Below, one piece after another: positions 1 through 12,012 of a stretch of 64,000 nt of DNA. The DNA is taken from the NCBI GenBank assembly GCA_036785375.1, contig JAWMAR010000012.1:930001-994000 (forward strand), in the 5' to 3' direction. Positions within the stretch are counted from its first letter, which is position 1. Each line of letters begins with the position of its first letter. The position numbers and the translations under genes were made by a program. The notes under the pieces were generated by a model. It made no database searches. It saw nothing but the letters and a program-made list of their open reading frames with translations, and was not told where the DNA came from. Source of the stretch: Leucoraja ocellata. Its lineage: Eukaryota.

Positions 1-1
1 A

Positions 2-197
2 TAAGACACGGATGTGACCCCAACCTACTCTACTTTGTCAAGAGTCAAGAGTGTTTTATTGTCATATGTCCCAGATAGAACAATGAAATTCTTGCTGCAA
101 CAAGTAAGAATTTCATTGTTCTATCTGGGACATACGACAATAAAACACTCTCGACTCTTGACAAAATAGAATGGGTTGGGATCATCTCCGTGTCTTA
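2..197. repeat. Long imperfect palindrome (about 92-bp arms, 12-nt loop) containing two head-to-head retroelement 3' tails
   Basis: 2-93 (taagacacgga...caatgaaattctt) is the reverse complement of 106-197 (aagaatttcattg...tccgtgtctta). The inner part resembles the tail seen at 53625-53680. Confidence 0.92.
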
Positions 198-302
198 CCC
201 AGTAGCTATTTTGAAAAAGGCCTTTGAGAGTGGGACAGATTTAATGGGCAAGAAATATCCCTTTTCTCTGTGTGAAATATCTGATTGCTGCTCAGCACCT
301 AC

Positions 303-345
303 CTGTGAGGATAAAGTTGACAGTTAAGGCTCCGAACCTGAACAG
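303..345 (-). CDS. Candidate 43-nt internal exon of an unidentified gene (LFRFGALTVNFILT or AVQVRSLNCQLYPH)
   Basis: Minus strand reads ttttgtactcacag|CTGTTC...CTCACAG|gtaggt. Two frames are open and the flanks are repeat-free. Confidence 0.4.
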
Positions 346-934
346 CTGTGAGTACAAAATAATATGCATGCCATTTGGCATAAAGGCTCAGTGTTAAAAT
401 TATGAAGTTAAAGGGAGGATCCGTGTTGGCAGATCTCCTGCTGCGATATGCTATCTTCAATCTTTCCATTAGCTTTTTAGACAATCTAAAGCTTCAGCGC
501 ATGAAATGTGAGAAAGCACATTATAATATGGAAATTGATTTAAATTATCTCCCTGGTGAATTCCTAATCTTCTCATTCACAACACATGCCGCACTTAGCC
601 TGCCTATATAAAATTGGCAATAAAGGCCAGTTTTAATTGCTGGGGGTTTTCATTACTACAAAGCAAATGCTTAAATTGCCCATTTTATTGAGTTCAGCTT
701 GCGAATTGACTGAGTGGAGAGCGGCTGTTCTGTTTGCAGCAGAAGTGGGGGTTTTCTCTACCAGACTGCTGTTTTTACAGATGCTGACGCCTGCCTCCAA
801 GTATCTGAGAACAGCAAGTGGCACAGATTCCACCTAAACAGGGAGGCGGTGGATTGAGTCAGTCCATCTGCTTGACAGCCTTGTTTCAGAGAATAGTGCT
901 GTTGCATGTGAGACAGAAACAATTGTGCTTTCAA

Positions 935-1305
935 TGTCCCACTTCAGAGACCTGAGCACATAATCTAGACTAATATTTATTTGAAGAATGAGTAAGTGCT
1001 TCAACATTAGAGTTGCCATCTTTTGGATGAGATGTTAAATTCCGGCTTTGTTTGCTCCCTCATGTGCACTCAAAGATCCAAAGCAGAAAAGCAAGAGGGT
1101 CTCCCTGGTGAGCTGCCCATCACTTATCCCTCCAACAACCAAGATGATTTGCTAATTTCAATTATAGCTCTTTGTGGGATCTTGTTGTGTGAAACTTGTC
1201 CACTGTGCTTTCTACATTACACCCATGACTACACTTCAAAGGAATGTTATTAGCTTTAAAGTGCATTGGGACACTGTGAGGTCATGAAGGATGTTACAGA
1301 AGCCA
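935..1305 (+). mobile_element. Ancient DeuSINE (SacSINE1/AmnSINE1-like Deu domain), degraded
   Basis: gagacctgagcacataatctag...gttgccatcttttggatgagatgttaaa...aaagatcc...tttgtgggatcttgttgtg...gactacacttcaaa...gtgaggtcatgaagg follows the recalled DeuSINE consensus in order. Confidence 0.75.
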
Positions 1306-1866
1306 TTCGCTTTTAATGGCTGTGACCATGACCACTGAAACTTCAAGCCTTGGGCTGTTTTAGAAGAAAGTCAACAATATACATCATTCTGAAGTGCACA
1401 GATTTATCCAGCAGGCCACTGATACATTACAGAGAAATGCAGGCTCTGTCGGCATTTTTTTCCATGTAAAACCAGCAGCAGAATGAGAGGAATGCTGCAA
1501 TTCTGCTTCATGATTGGATTATCCAAAGTCCTGGCCATTATTGATGACTCTCAAATGCAATGCCAAAGCAATGATTAAACTAAAGAGTTACTACTCTATC
1601 ATTGTCAACGTGTTGGTGGCCACCAGTGAAGTATCATGCTGGTAAATGCCCACATCCTATCCAATAGTAATGATTCCTTTATTTTGTTTCAGCACTCTGG
1701 AACTGTGTTCTTTAGAGGAAATAAATGGCTCCAGGATATTGAGGCTGCTGCTTTCATTCATTGCAGATGCTCAAAAGTAAGAATCATCAAATTTAAGCAA
1801 ATATAGTGAAGCAATTGAAACCCACCTTATTATCAGACCATCAGATGACCAGGTGGATTGTAACTG

Positions 1867-2613
1867 CATCACAGAATGGACCCTTTTTTGGTACGTGAAC
1901 AAATGACAAACCACATTTGAGCAAAAATCAATGTTGCATTTCAAAATTAGTCATTGTTCATGACAAATGTTTTGAGGAATTGCTGATTGATCATTTCTAA
2001 TCTCTCTTTTATTCACCTTTCTATTGTTTCTTTTACTCCTTAAGTTCACATTTTCATTTTCATCCTTCCTTTAAGTCAACGTGGCTTGTGGCCTTCTTTC
2101 TCTTCATTCCATAATGTGAACAATAACAACAGGACAGACAGGAATAGACATGAAAAACCTACCCTACTTGTTCTGTCCAGCCCATAACACGGTATATATA
2201 ATGTATCACATTACATACCCCCGGCCCAAAGTCCTGTGACACTTGAGAGAGGTAAAAAACAGTTGAGAGAGGTAAAAAAACTATTGGCCAACTTGTGGCA
2301 TGTCTAGGAAATTGACTCCTAACCCATTTTTCCGATCAAACCTGGTCCAAAAATTTCAGGTGCAAATTCAGATGCCCCTGTGTTACAATATACACCATAT
2401 AAAATGAACGGTGAGATCTGGCTACAGTATGTAAATGACCTGGCTCATTGCACTAATCTGAAATAACTCTGTCAAAATGCTGAGACTGGGCCTAAACAGT
2501 ATTTCTGCAAGCCTAAATCAGAGATTAAATTATTAGTGTTGCTTATCATCACAGAAAGGACCCTTTTTTTCATACGTGAGCAAATGACAGACCACACATG
2601 AGCAAAAATCAAT
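1867..2613 (+). repeat. Dispersed ~66-bp direct repeat pair (1867-1932 and 2547-2613)
   Basis: catcacagaa(t/a)ggaccctttttt..tacgtga(a/g)caaatgaca(a/g)accaca..tgagcaaaaatcaat occurs twice. Confidence 0.9.
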
Positions 2614-2719
2614 TCCCATTTAGCAAAATATTCACACTTATTCGTGTTCCAGGCACTTCACAGTACATTGTGAGTCCTACATATAAAAGATGAAAGATGG
2701 CCAGTTTGACCTCCACTTC

Positions 2720-3835
2720 AAGACATTTATACATGCACTTAGATGGACAAGGGCTGATTAGGGATAATCAGTATGGCCTTGTACGTGGGAGGTACAATTA
2801 GATTCACGAAATCTGATTGAGTTTTTTGAAGCTGTGACCAAAAAGGTTGATAAGGGCAGAGTTGGAGATGTTGTACATATGAACTTCAGCAAAGCATTCA
2901 AGCAGGTTCCACATGATACGCTGCTATGGAAAGTAAGAGCGCACAGGATCCAAGGAGAGATAGCTAAATGAATAGAAAATAGGCTTCATGGAAGGAAGTG
3001 TAAATAAGCTCTTCTAAGCTTCCCCACCAGTCTAGTTCAGTCAACAAAAAACGGATTCAAGCAGTGGAACAACTAATCTTTATTTTTGAATAGAACAGCA
3101 AATTCCCCTATACGATACCAAAATAATCGCGGGTTTGATCCTTGTATCTGCCTGGCCAAGCCCTTCAGCCTCCTGCAAGCAGAAACACTCCAAATGTTCA
3201 CGCAGTCCCAAGCACTCTTCCAGAAGATCGACAAAGGATCTCGTGGGGGCTGCCTTTTATAGGTCCCCTAACCTTAAGGTGCCAATCTAGTGAGGGTTGG
3301 TCTATTTACAATCCAATCAAACACATTAATTACAACAATACATTATTGACAATTACGCAGACCAATAACATAATCTCCCTTACATTGTTGCACGAGAAGC
3401 TTCCAGAAGAAGCTACCAGAACTTGAATAATGCAACATTTACCCTGGAATCCAAACAAACCGGCTGGGGGCTTAACAATTTAACCAATCAACACACAGCA
3501 TGGTAACTGTCTAGCAATGTTATTTACAATATGTACATTTAGTTTGCATTGATCTAATTAATGTCATGCATTTTACATATCCTTGGATGTCCTCTGCAGA
3601 AATCCCATCCATCTGTCAATTGAATACGCAACATTGATCTGGGCCCTAAACTTACTGGAACCATTCAGAAGCTTGTCTTATTTCTGCCGAGAACATCAGA
3701 CTTGACCAAAATGGCCTCACAATACATGAGTCCTTACTAAATGGTGGTACTATGGCTGCTCAGTTTTAGCCAGGATTAACAGTAGCAGAGGGTGGTGGTG
3801 GAAGGTTGCTTTTCGAAATGGAGCCCTGTGACTAG
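2720..3835 (+). mobile_element. Degraded CR1 LINE RT fragment, split by a solo LTR
   Basis: Translates to LIEFFE.VTKKVD.GR...VVHMNFSKAF..VPH. The sequence ggaaggaag|cagagggtggtggtgg resumes at 3786. Confidence 0.85.
2999..3781 (-). mobile_element. Solo LTR, 783 bp
   Basis: TGTAAAT...ATTAACA termini and a 4-bp TSD GAAG/GTAG (1 mismatch). Minus-strand TATAAAAG (3254-3261) lies upstream of AATAAA (3079-3084). It cleanly interrupts a CR1. Confidence 0.8.
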
Positions 3836-4490
3836 TGTGCAACAAGGAACTGCAGACGCTGGATTAAACCGAAGGTAGACACAAAAAGCAGGAGTAACTC
3901 AGCGGAACAGGCAGCATCTCTGGAGAGAAGGAATGGATGACATTTCATGTCGAGACCCTTCTTCAGACTGGTTAGGGATAAGGCAAGCGAGAGATATAGA
4001 TGGTGATGTGGAGAGATAAAGAACAATGAATGAAAGATATTGTAAATAAGCAAACCGTACAATCTGGAGTTCAAGAACATCTTTAATCGGTATTCATATA
4101 TATATAGCGGTACAGCAGGTTGTTAGTTGTTAGTTCATCGTTACCGCTTCCAAGACTGACCAGTATAGGAAGTGGGTGTTAGTATGGATCATACAGTAAG
4201 GTGGGGTTAGTGATGCTATTCTACTATGATTGGTTCACATGCAATAACCAATCTACAGATATGCAAAAAAGTAACGATGATAAAGGAAACAGGCCATTTA
4301 AGCTTTGTAGGGTGAAAATGAGAAGCTAGTGCAACTTGGGTGGGGGAGGGATAGGGATTGAGGGAATGCCAGGGCTACCTGAAGTGAGCGAAATCAATAT
4401 TCATACCACTGGGCTGTAAGCTACCCAAGCAAAATATGAGATGCTGTTCCTCCAATTTGCATTTAACGTCACTCTGATAATGGAGGAGAC
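3835..4490 (-). mobile_element. Penelope-like element 3' end (GIY-YIG C-terminus, pseudo-LTR, hammerhead motif), split by a small LTR
   Basis: Minus strand encodes KLEEQHLIFCLGSLQPSGMNIDF. Hammerhead-like motif at about 3938-3968. Confidence 0.85.
4041..4257. mobile_element. Short solo LTR-like insertion, 217 bp
   Basis: TGT...ACA termini with a perfect 5-bp TSD GATAT (4036-4040, 4258-4262). A second copy lies at 46019-46224. Confidence 0.8.
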
Positions 4491-4494
4491 CGGA

Positions 4495-5420
4495 ATGTCC
4501 TACACGGTGAATTGTTGGCCTCTAGGGGGTGTTGCAGAGCAGAAGGACCTAGGAGTGTGGGTACATCATCCTTTGAAAGTGGTGTCGCAGGTCGAAGGGG
4601 TTGAGCAGGCTAGAACTCTATTCCTCAGAGTGCAGGAGGATGAGGGGTGATCTTATAGAAGTGTACACAATCGTGAGATAAATAGATCAGTGTCTCTTGC
4701 CCATAGTAGGGGAACCAGAGGACATAGGCTTAAAATGAGGGGGGAAGATTTTATAGGAACCTGAGGGGTAACATTTTCACACAAAAGGTGGTGGTATATG
4801 GAACAAGCTGCTGGAGGAAGTAGTTGAGGCAGGTACTATTGCAATGTTTAAGAAACATTTATACATGTACATGGATAGGATAGGTTTAGAGGGATATGGG
4901 ACAAACACAGTCAAGTCACGTTTATTCATCACATACACATACAGGATGTGCAGTGAAATGAAAAGTGACAATGCTTGTGGATTGTGCAAAAATACTCAAT
5001 TTTAAAAAGACACCACACAACGGTAAATTGGTACAGTAAGTTAGCCCCTGGTGAGATAGGAGTTTACAGTCCTAATGCCCTCTAGGAAAAAACTCCTTCT
5101 CATCCTCTCTGTTTTCACAGCATGGCAACGGAGGCGTTTGCCTGACCATAGCAGCTGGAATAGTCTGTTGCTGAGGTGGAAGGGGTCCCCCATGATCTTG
5201 TTGGCTCTGGATTTGCACCTTCTGAAGTATAGTTCCTGCAGGGGGGCAAGTGTAGTTCCCATAGTGCATTTGGCCGAACGCACTACTCTCTGCAGAGCCT
5301 TCTTGTCCTGGGCAGAGCAGTTCCCAAGCAGGTGAAACTAGTGTAGGTGGGACATGTTGACCGGTGTAGGCAAGTTGGGCCGACGTGCCTGTTTCCACGC
5401 AGTATGACTCCATGACCCTA
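4495..5420 (+). mobile_element. CR1/HER1-like LINE 3' fragment interrupted by a Rex1 piece
   Basis: EQKDLGV and RGDLIEV motifs, and a 3' UTR ggatatggg...gggccga..gcctgtttcc that resumes at about 5325. Confidence 0.8.
4910..5325 (-). mobile_element. Rex1/Babar LINE 3' end
   Basis: GNCSAQDKKALQRVVRSA...LFQLLWSGKRLR...RMRRSFF..GIRTVN, plus an aataaacgtgacttga tail. Confidence 0.85.
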
Positions 5421-5960
5421 TTTCATATTTAAGTAAAATGGGCAAGGCATGGGGTTATGACAGGGCAGCACCATCTGTGAAACTATACCTTCTAGGAATT
5501 TAAGTTTCATATTCAGGGGGAATGTAGTTAACTTAGGAACTGATGAGAGAAGAACTATTCTTCATAGTAAAATAAGAACAGAAAATGCTGGAAACATTGA
5601 GCAGGTCGGGTAGTACCTGTCAAAAGAGATGCAGAATTATCAACTCTGATTGTAAAGCCTTTGTCGGAACCTGGAGTGAGTGGGGGAAACAAGTGAGAGA
5701 GAAGGTAGGGGAAGGATTGATAAGACAAATGCAATATCTGAAAGCAATGCCAGGGTTGTTATGGTGATATGTTGTGAAGGGTTAATAGAGGACAGTTATA
5801 GAGATTGTGAGAAAATGAAGAATAAACACTGTGAGATGAGAGCAATTAGAGTCTGAGAACACAGACAATAGAACTGACCAAGCATGCAATGCAAGGTGAT
5901 GGAACAAGCCCAGCAGGGCAGGTTGTTCTGAGAGGGAAAATCAGAGTCAATATTGCAGGT

Positions 5961-6607
5961 TGATGACATACCGTGGGTATAGGAGGGAAATTTTGTCTTT
6001 TACCTGTACCTTGAATCTTTCTTTACTTGGCGCCCAGCTCAGATAGGAACAGACAAAAAATTAAACATCTCATAGAACAGTGGTGAGTTTCTTGAACAAG
6101 TCAGTTTATTGAAGAACTTTACAGTGCACAATGGGAAACACTCTGAGGGGACCCAAAGTGCTTCAAAGATTCATAATACCCACAGCATTTTTATATTCTC
6201 ACAACACAGTAGTTACATGTGGATTCTACAGTCCTGAAATAATTCGCCATTAATCAATGTCTGTGTTTACTTTTCATTTTTGTCTTTCCCCAGTGTTGTC
6301 TTTAATCTTATGGTTCCTGTTATTTTGAAAGCGTCTCTCCCATTTATCTAACAAATGGGCAAAAGATCCATTCTTGGGCAGTTTTATTACCTTCAGCTCA
6401 GATTACAACCTCCAATGTGTATTTTAACTAAACTAGCTGTGCCGTGGAACCTAAACACCATGATAAATCTATCTATTGACTCATTAATATCCTTATGTTC
6501 CCTATATTGGCCATGTTTGCATCATGCTTGCCCAGTATGTAATATCTTGGGTTAAACACAATACAAACTACTCATCTTCCTTATAATTTTCAAAATTTAT
6601 GTCATCA
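5961..6607 (-). mobile_element. LTR-like element of about 650 bp
   Basis: 10-bp inverted termini TGATGACATA/TATGTCATCA. Minus-strand TATAAAAA (about 6187-6195) lies upstream of AATAAA (about 6105-6110). No convincing TSD. Confidence 0.5.
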
Positions 6608-6747
6608 GTGGGAATGGCCAGTTCTGGCACCAATGGAGAAAGCGAGTTACCTGCCGTTGTAGAAAGCAACAGAGTCCATAGGGCTGCAATAGCCCAGTCA
6701 GATGATGAGGTGCTGTTCCTCATCCTTACAATGGGCATTGTTGTAAC

Positions 6748-7725
6748 AGCGCAGGGACTCACAGACAGATATAACCATACAACAATTACAGCATGGAAAC
6801 AGGCCATCTCGGCCCTTCTAGTCCATGCCGAAAACTTATTCTCACCTAGTCCCATCTACCTGCACTCAGACCGTAACCCTCCATTCTTTTCCCATCCATA
6901 TACTATCCAATTTATTTTTAAATGATAAAATCAAACTTGCCTCCACCACTTCCACTGGAAGCTCATTCCACACAGCTACCACTCTCTGAGTAAAGAGGTT
7001 CCCCCTCATGTTACCCCTAAACTTCTGTCCCTTAATTCTCAAATCATGTCCTTTTGTTTGAATCTTCCTTTCAATGGAAAAAGATTATCCACGTCAACTC
7101 TGTCTATCCCTCTCATCATTTTAAAGACCTCTATCAAGTCCCCCCTTAACCTTCTGCATTCCAAAGAATAAAGACCTAACTTGTTCAACCTTTCCCTGTA
7201 ACTTAGTTGCCGAAACCCAGGCAACATTCTAGAAAATCTCCTCTGTACTCTCTCTATTTTGTTGACATCCTTCCTATAATTTGGTGACCAAAACTGCACA
7301 CCATACTCCAGAATTGTCCTCACCAATGCCTTGTATAATTTTAACATTACATCCCAACTTCTATACTCAATGCTCTGATTTATAAAGGCCAGCACAGAGT
7401 CCACAGAGATAGGCTTTCTTAACCACCCCATCTACATGAGATTCCACCTTCCGGGAACTATACAGTTATTCCTAGATCCCTCTGTTCAACTGCATTCCTC
7501 AATTCGCCACCATTTACCATGTACGCCCTATTTTGATTTGTCCTGACAACCTCACACTTATCAGCATTAAACCCCATCTGCCATCTTTCAACCCATTCTT
7601 CCAAATGGCCTAAATCTCTCTGTAGACTTTGAAAATCTACTTCATTATCCACAACATCACCTATCTTAGTATCATCTGCATACTTACTAATCCAATTTAC
7701 CACACCATCATCCAGATCATTGATG
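6748..7725 (-). mobile_element. CR1/HER1-like LINE, 5'-truncated and frameshifted
   Basis: ORFs 7458-7703 (ISKYADDTKIG) and 7039-7431 (LKLYKALVRTILEYGVQFWSP, RLRGDLIEVFK), with a ggttatat-type tail. Confidence 0.93.
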
Positions 7726-8211
7726 GGTCAGTGGGAGTCAGGAGAATTAAAGTGGCATGAAACAGAGAAAAATAAATAGTGTTAATGATTTAGAGCAAGG
7801 AACTGTCATCAGAAGGAAAGGAAACAAATAAACTAAGTGCCAGAGGAACCCAGCAGGTCTGTCTGCATGTGTGGAGGGAAATTAACTGATGGTGTTTTGG
7901 GTCGGGGCCCAACTTCAGAGTTGTGTTCATTTCCATCTCCAGATGCTGCCTGACCTGTGAGTTCCTCCAGCACTTTGTTTATGCTCAAGATTCCAGCATA
8001 CGCAGTATCTTGTGCCTTGAGAACAGAACACATTTTATTTTAAATTGCAGATGGAGAAGATAAAGGGAATCTCTCTTACAGAGTAAGACCAAGGTCACTC
8101 CTGCAGAATGAACACAGGTAATCTGCAAAGCAGTAACCTAAAGAGCCTTTGCTTTCCCCAGAGTACATGAGAACAAACCAGGAAGTTGCGATGTGAGCAA
8201 TCCTATTGAAT

Positions 8212-10768
8212 TGCGTGCAACAAAGGTAAAACAGTTATAATGGGTGACTTCATTCTACATATAGATTGGGTGAATCAAATTGGCAAGGGTGCTGAAGAAG
8301 AGGATTTCTTGGAATGTATGCGGGATAGGTTTCTAAACCAACATGTAGAGGAACCAACGAGAGAGCAGGCTATTCTAGATTGGGTATTGAGTAATGAGGA
8401 ATGGTTAGTTCACAGTCTTGTTGTGCGTGGCCCCTTGGGCAAGAGTGACCATAATATGGTTGAGTTCTCCATTAGGATGGAGCGTGACATTGTTAAGTAA
8501 GAAACAAGGGTCCTGAACTTAAAGAAAGGTAACTTTGAGGGTATGAGACGTGAATTGGCCAAGATAGACTGGCAATTGATTCTTAATGGGTTGATGGTGG
8601 ATATGCAATGGAAGGCATTTAAAGACTGCATGGATGAACTACAACAATTGTTCATCCCAGTTTGGCAAAAAAATAAATCAGGGAAGGTAGTGCATCCGTG
8701 GATAACAAGGGAAATCAGGGATAGTATCAAAACAAAAGATGAAGCGTACAAATTAGCCAGAAAAAGCAGCCTACCATAGGACTGGGAGAAATTCAGAGTC
8801 CAGGAGAGGAGGACAAAGGGCTTAATTAGGAAAGGGAAAATAGATTATGAAAGAAAACTGGCAGGGAACATAAAAACTGACTGCAAAAGCTTTTATAGAT
8901 ATGTGAAGAGAAAAAGATTAGTTAAAACAAATGTAGGTCCCTTGCAGTCAGAACCAGGTGAATTGATCATGGGGAACAAGGGCATGGCAGACCAATTGAA
9001 TAACTACTTTGGTCCTGTCTTCACTAAGGAAGACATAAATAATCTGCCGGAAATAGCAGGGGACCGGGGGTCAAATGGAGGAACTGAGTGAAATCCAGGT
9101 AAGCCGGGAAGTGGTGTTAGGTAAATTGAATGGATTAAAGGCTGATAATTCCCCAGGGCCAGATAGGCTGCATCCCAGAGTACTTAAGGAAGTAGCCCCA
9201 GAAATAGTGGATGCATTAGTGATAATTTTTCAAAACTCTTTAGATTCTGGAGTAGTTCCTGAGGATTGGAGGGTAGCTAATGTAACACCACTTTTTAAAA
9301 AGGGAGGGAGAGAGAAAATGGGGAATTACAGACCAGTTAGTCTAACGTCGGTAGTGGGGAAGCTGCTAGAATCAGTTATTAAAGATGGGATAGCAGCACA
9401 ATTGGAAAGTGGTGAAATCATTGGACAAAGTCAGCATGGATTTATGAAAGGTAAATCATGTCTGACGAATCTTATAGAATTTTTCGAGGATGTAACTAGT
9501 AGAGTGGACAAGGGAGAACCAGTGGATGTGTTATATCTGGACTTTCAGAAGGCTTTCGACAAGGTCCCACATAAGAGATTAGTATACAGACTTAAAGCAC
9601 ACGGTATTGGGTGTTCAGTATTGATGTGGATAGAGAACTGGCTGGCAGACAGGAAGCAAAGAGTAGGAGTAAACGGGTCCTTTTCACAATGGCAGGCAGT
9701 GACTAGTGGAGTACCGCAAGGCTCAGTGCTGGGACCCCAGCTATTTACGATATATATTAATGATTTGGACGAGGGAATTGAATGCAACATCTCCAAGTTT
9801 GCGGATGACACGAAGCTGGGGGGCAGTGTTAGCTGTGAGGAGGATGCTAGAAGGCCGCAAGGTGACTCGGATAGGCTGGGTGAGTGGGCAAATGCATGGC
9901 AGATACAGTATAATGTTGATAAATGTGAGGTTATCCACTTTGGTGGCAAAAACAGGAAAGTAGACTATTATCTGAATGGTGGCCGATTAGGAAAGGGGGA
10001 GATGCAATGAGACCTGGGTGTCATGGTACACCAGTCATTGAAATTAGGCATGCGGGTGCAGCAGGCAGTGAAGAATGCGAATGGTATGTTAGCATTCATA
10101 GCAAAATGATTTGAGTATAGGAGCAGGGAGGTTCTACTGCAGTTGTACAGGGTCTTGGTGAGACCACACCTGGAGTATTGTGTACAGTTGATCACAATAT
10201 ACAGTTGGAGTATTGTGTACAGTTGATCAGTAATCTGAGGAAAGACATTCTTGCCATAGAGGGAGTACAGAGAAGGTTCACCAGACTGATTCCTGGGATG
10301 TCAGGACTTTCATATGAAGAAAGACTGGATAGACTCGGTTTGTACTTGCTAGAATTTAGAAGATTGAGGGGGGATCTTATAGAAACTTACAAAATTCTTA
10401 AGGGGTTGGACAGGCTAGATGCAGGAAGATTGTTTCCGATGTTGGGGAAGTCCAGAACAAGGGGTCACAGTTTAAGGATAAGGGGGAAATCTTTTAGGAC
10501 CAAGATGAGGAAAACATTTTTCACACAGAGAGTGGTGAATCTCTGGAATTCTCTGCCATAGAAGGTAGTTGAGGCCAGTTCATTGGCTATATTTAAGAGG
10601 GAGTTAGATGTGGCCCTTGTGGCTAAAGGGATCAGGCGGTATGGAGAGAAGGCAGGTACAGGATACTGAGTTGGATGATCAGTCATGATCATATTGAATG
10701 GCGGTGCAGGCTCGTAGGGCCGAATGGCCTACTCCTGCACCTATTTTCTATGTTTATATGTTTCTATG
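8212..10768 (+). mobile_element. CR1 LINE ORF2 (APE C-terminus plus RT) with 3' UTR; inactivated by stops and frameshifts
   Basis: MGDF..IDW, ILDWVL, GKSDH, NYRPVSLTS, YLDFQKAFDKVPH, GVPQGSVLGP, KFADD; tail (ctatgttt)n. Confidence 0.97.
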
Positions 10769-10769
10769 A

Positions 10770-11365
10770 AATGCTGCAAGGGAGAAACATGTATCTGATT
10801 ACATGACGCTGACGGAAATTGTGAAGAGTGATTAGTTGAATCCAGAGGTGGAACGTGAGGATCTCCTTACTCCACTTTAACTCCACTTTCCATTTCCACA
10901 CTGACCTTTCTATCCTGAGCCTCCTCGATTGGCAGAGTGAGGCCCAGCACAAATTGGAGGAACAGCACCTCATATTTCGCTTGGGCAGCTTACCCTCCAA
11001 CGGTCTGTATATTGACCTCTAACTTCAAGTAACCCTTGCTTTCCCTCTCTCCCCAATCCTCCCCCTTTCTAGTTCTCCAACCAGTCTGACAGTCCCCCTG
11101 ATTAAATGTTATCTCTATATGCTTCGTTGTCAACTTCTCCTAGCTAACAATGATCTATTCTACATTTTCCTTGAACTACATCTCCTTTGATGTCTCTTTT
11201 TCACACCTTACCTTTCATTATCTCCCTCTGCCCTGACTCTGTCTGACGAAGGGTCTTCACCTGAAATGTCACCCATTCCTTCTGTCCAGAGATGCTGCCC
11301 GTCCCGCTGAGTTACTCCAGCATTTTGTGTCTATCTTTGGTGTAAACCTGCAGTTCTTTCCAAGA
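10770..11365 (+). mobile_element. Penelope-like element 3' portion with hammerhead motif
   Basis: QSEAQHKLEEQHLIFRLGSL. ctgacga-agggtcttcacct-gaaa-tgtc at 11243-11270. Confidence 0.88.
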
Positions 11366-11769
11366 CAAATTCTAGAGTAGAGACCAGCGACAGAAAATAG
11401 ATGAATTGCAATCAAGGGTTCTGTTAACCATGGTAGAGGGGAAGCCATGGTTCAGAAAGAAGGAAGGCATCTCTTATGTACCTGAATGGAAAGTCCAATC
11501 ATCAGCAGAAACACCACAGAAATAAAGTATGGAGAGGAATTAAATAGATGCCATACAGGAGGGAGGGTGGGAGGAAGTGTGGGCAAGATATCCGTGTGAA
11601 TTGGTCTAGTTTTAATGGATGTTTATCACAGGCCAATTCTTTGAAATGGAGGGAGAGGGATCCAGAAAAGGAAGAGAAAAATAAATCAGAGATGGACAGC
11701 GTAAAAGCAAGAATCAGTTTGAAATTGGCAGCAACATTAATGATATTTTAAAATTCTATCTGTGTGTTA

Positions 11770-12012
11770 GAACCAACCGTCAAACCACTGGCTGATCACC
11801 TGCACACTAGTTCTATCCTACACACTAGGGCAATTTACAGAAGCCAATTAACCTGCAAAACCTACGCATTTTTGGAATGTGGGAGGAAACAGGAGCACCC
11901 AGAGAAAACCAATGTGGTCACAGGGAGAACATGCAAACCCTATTGGGACAGCACACGTAGACTGGATCTGGCACGGTAAGCATGCAACTCTACCGCTGCG
12001 CCACTGCGCAAT
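11770..12012 (-). mobile_element. HE1-type tRNA-derived V-SINE
   Basis: V-domain ggaatgtgggaggaaac.ggagcaccc.gag.aaacc. A-box head (gcagtggcgcagcggtagagttgc) on the minus strand. Confidence 0.85.

Noticed and set aside
9075-10010. 311-aa reverse transcriptase as a functional gene or retron-like system
   Set aside because: Part of a 5'-truncated CR1 ORF2 with flanking stops, frameshifts and a small internal duplication (10171-10229).
9545-10692. Minus-strand ORFs overlapping CR1 (also 20161-21093 and 61280-61507)
   Set aside because: Antisense shadows of LINE ORF2, repeated in each copy.
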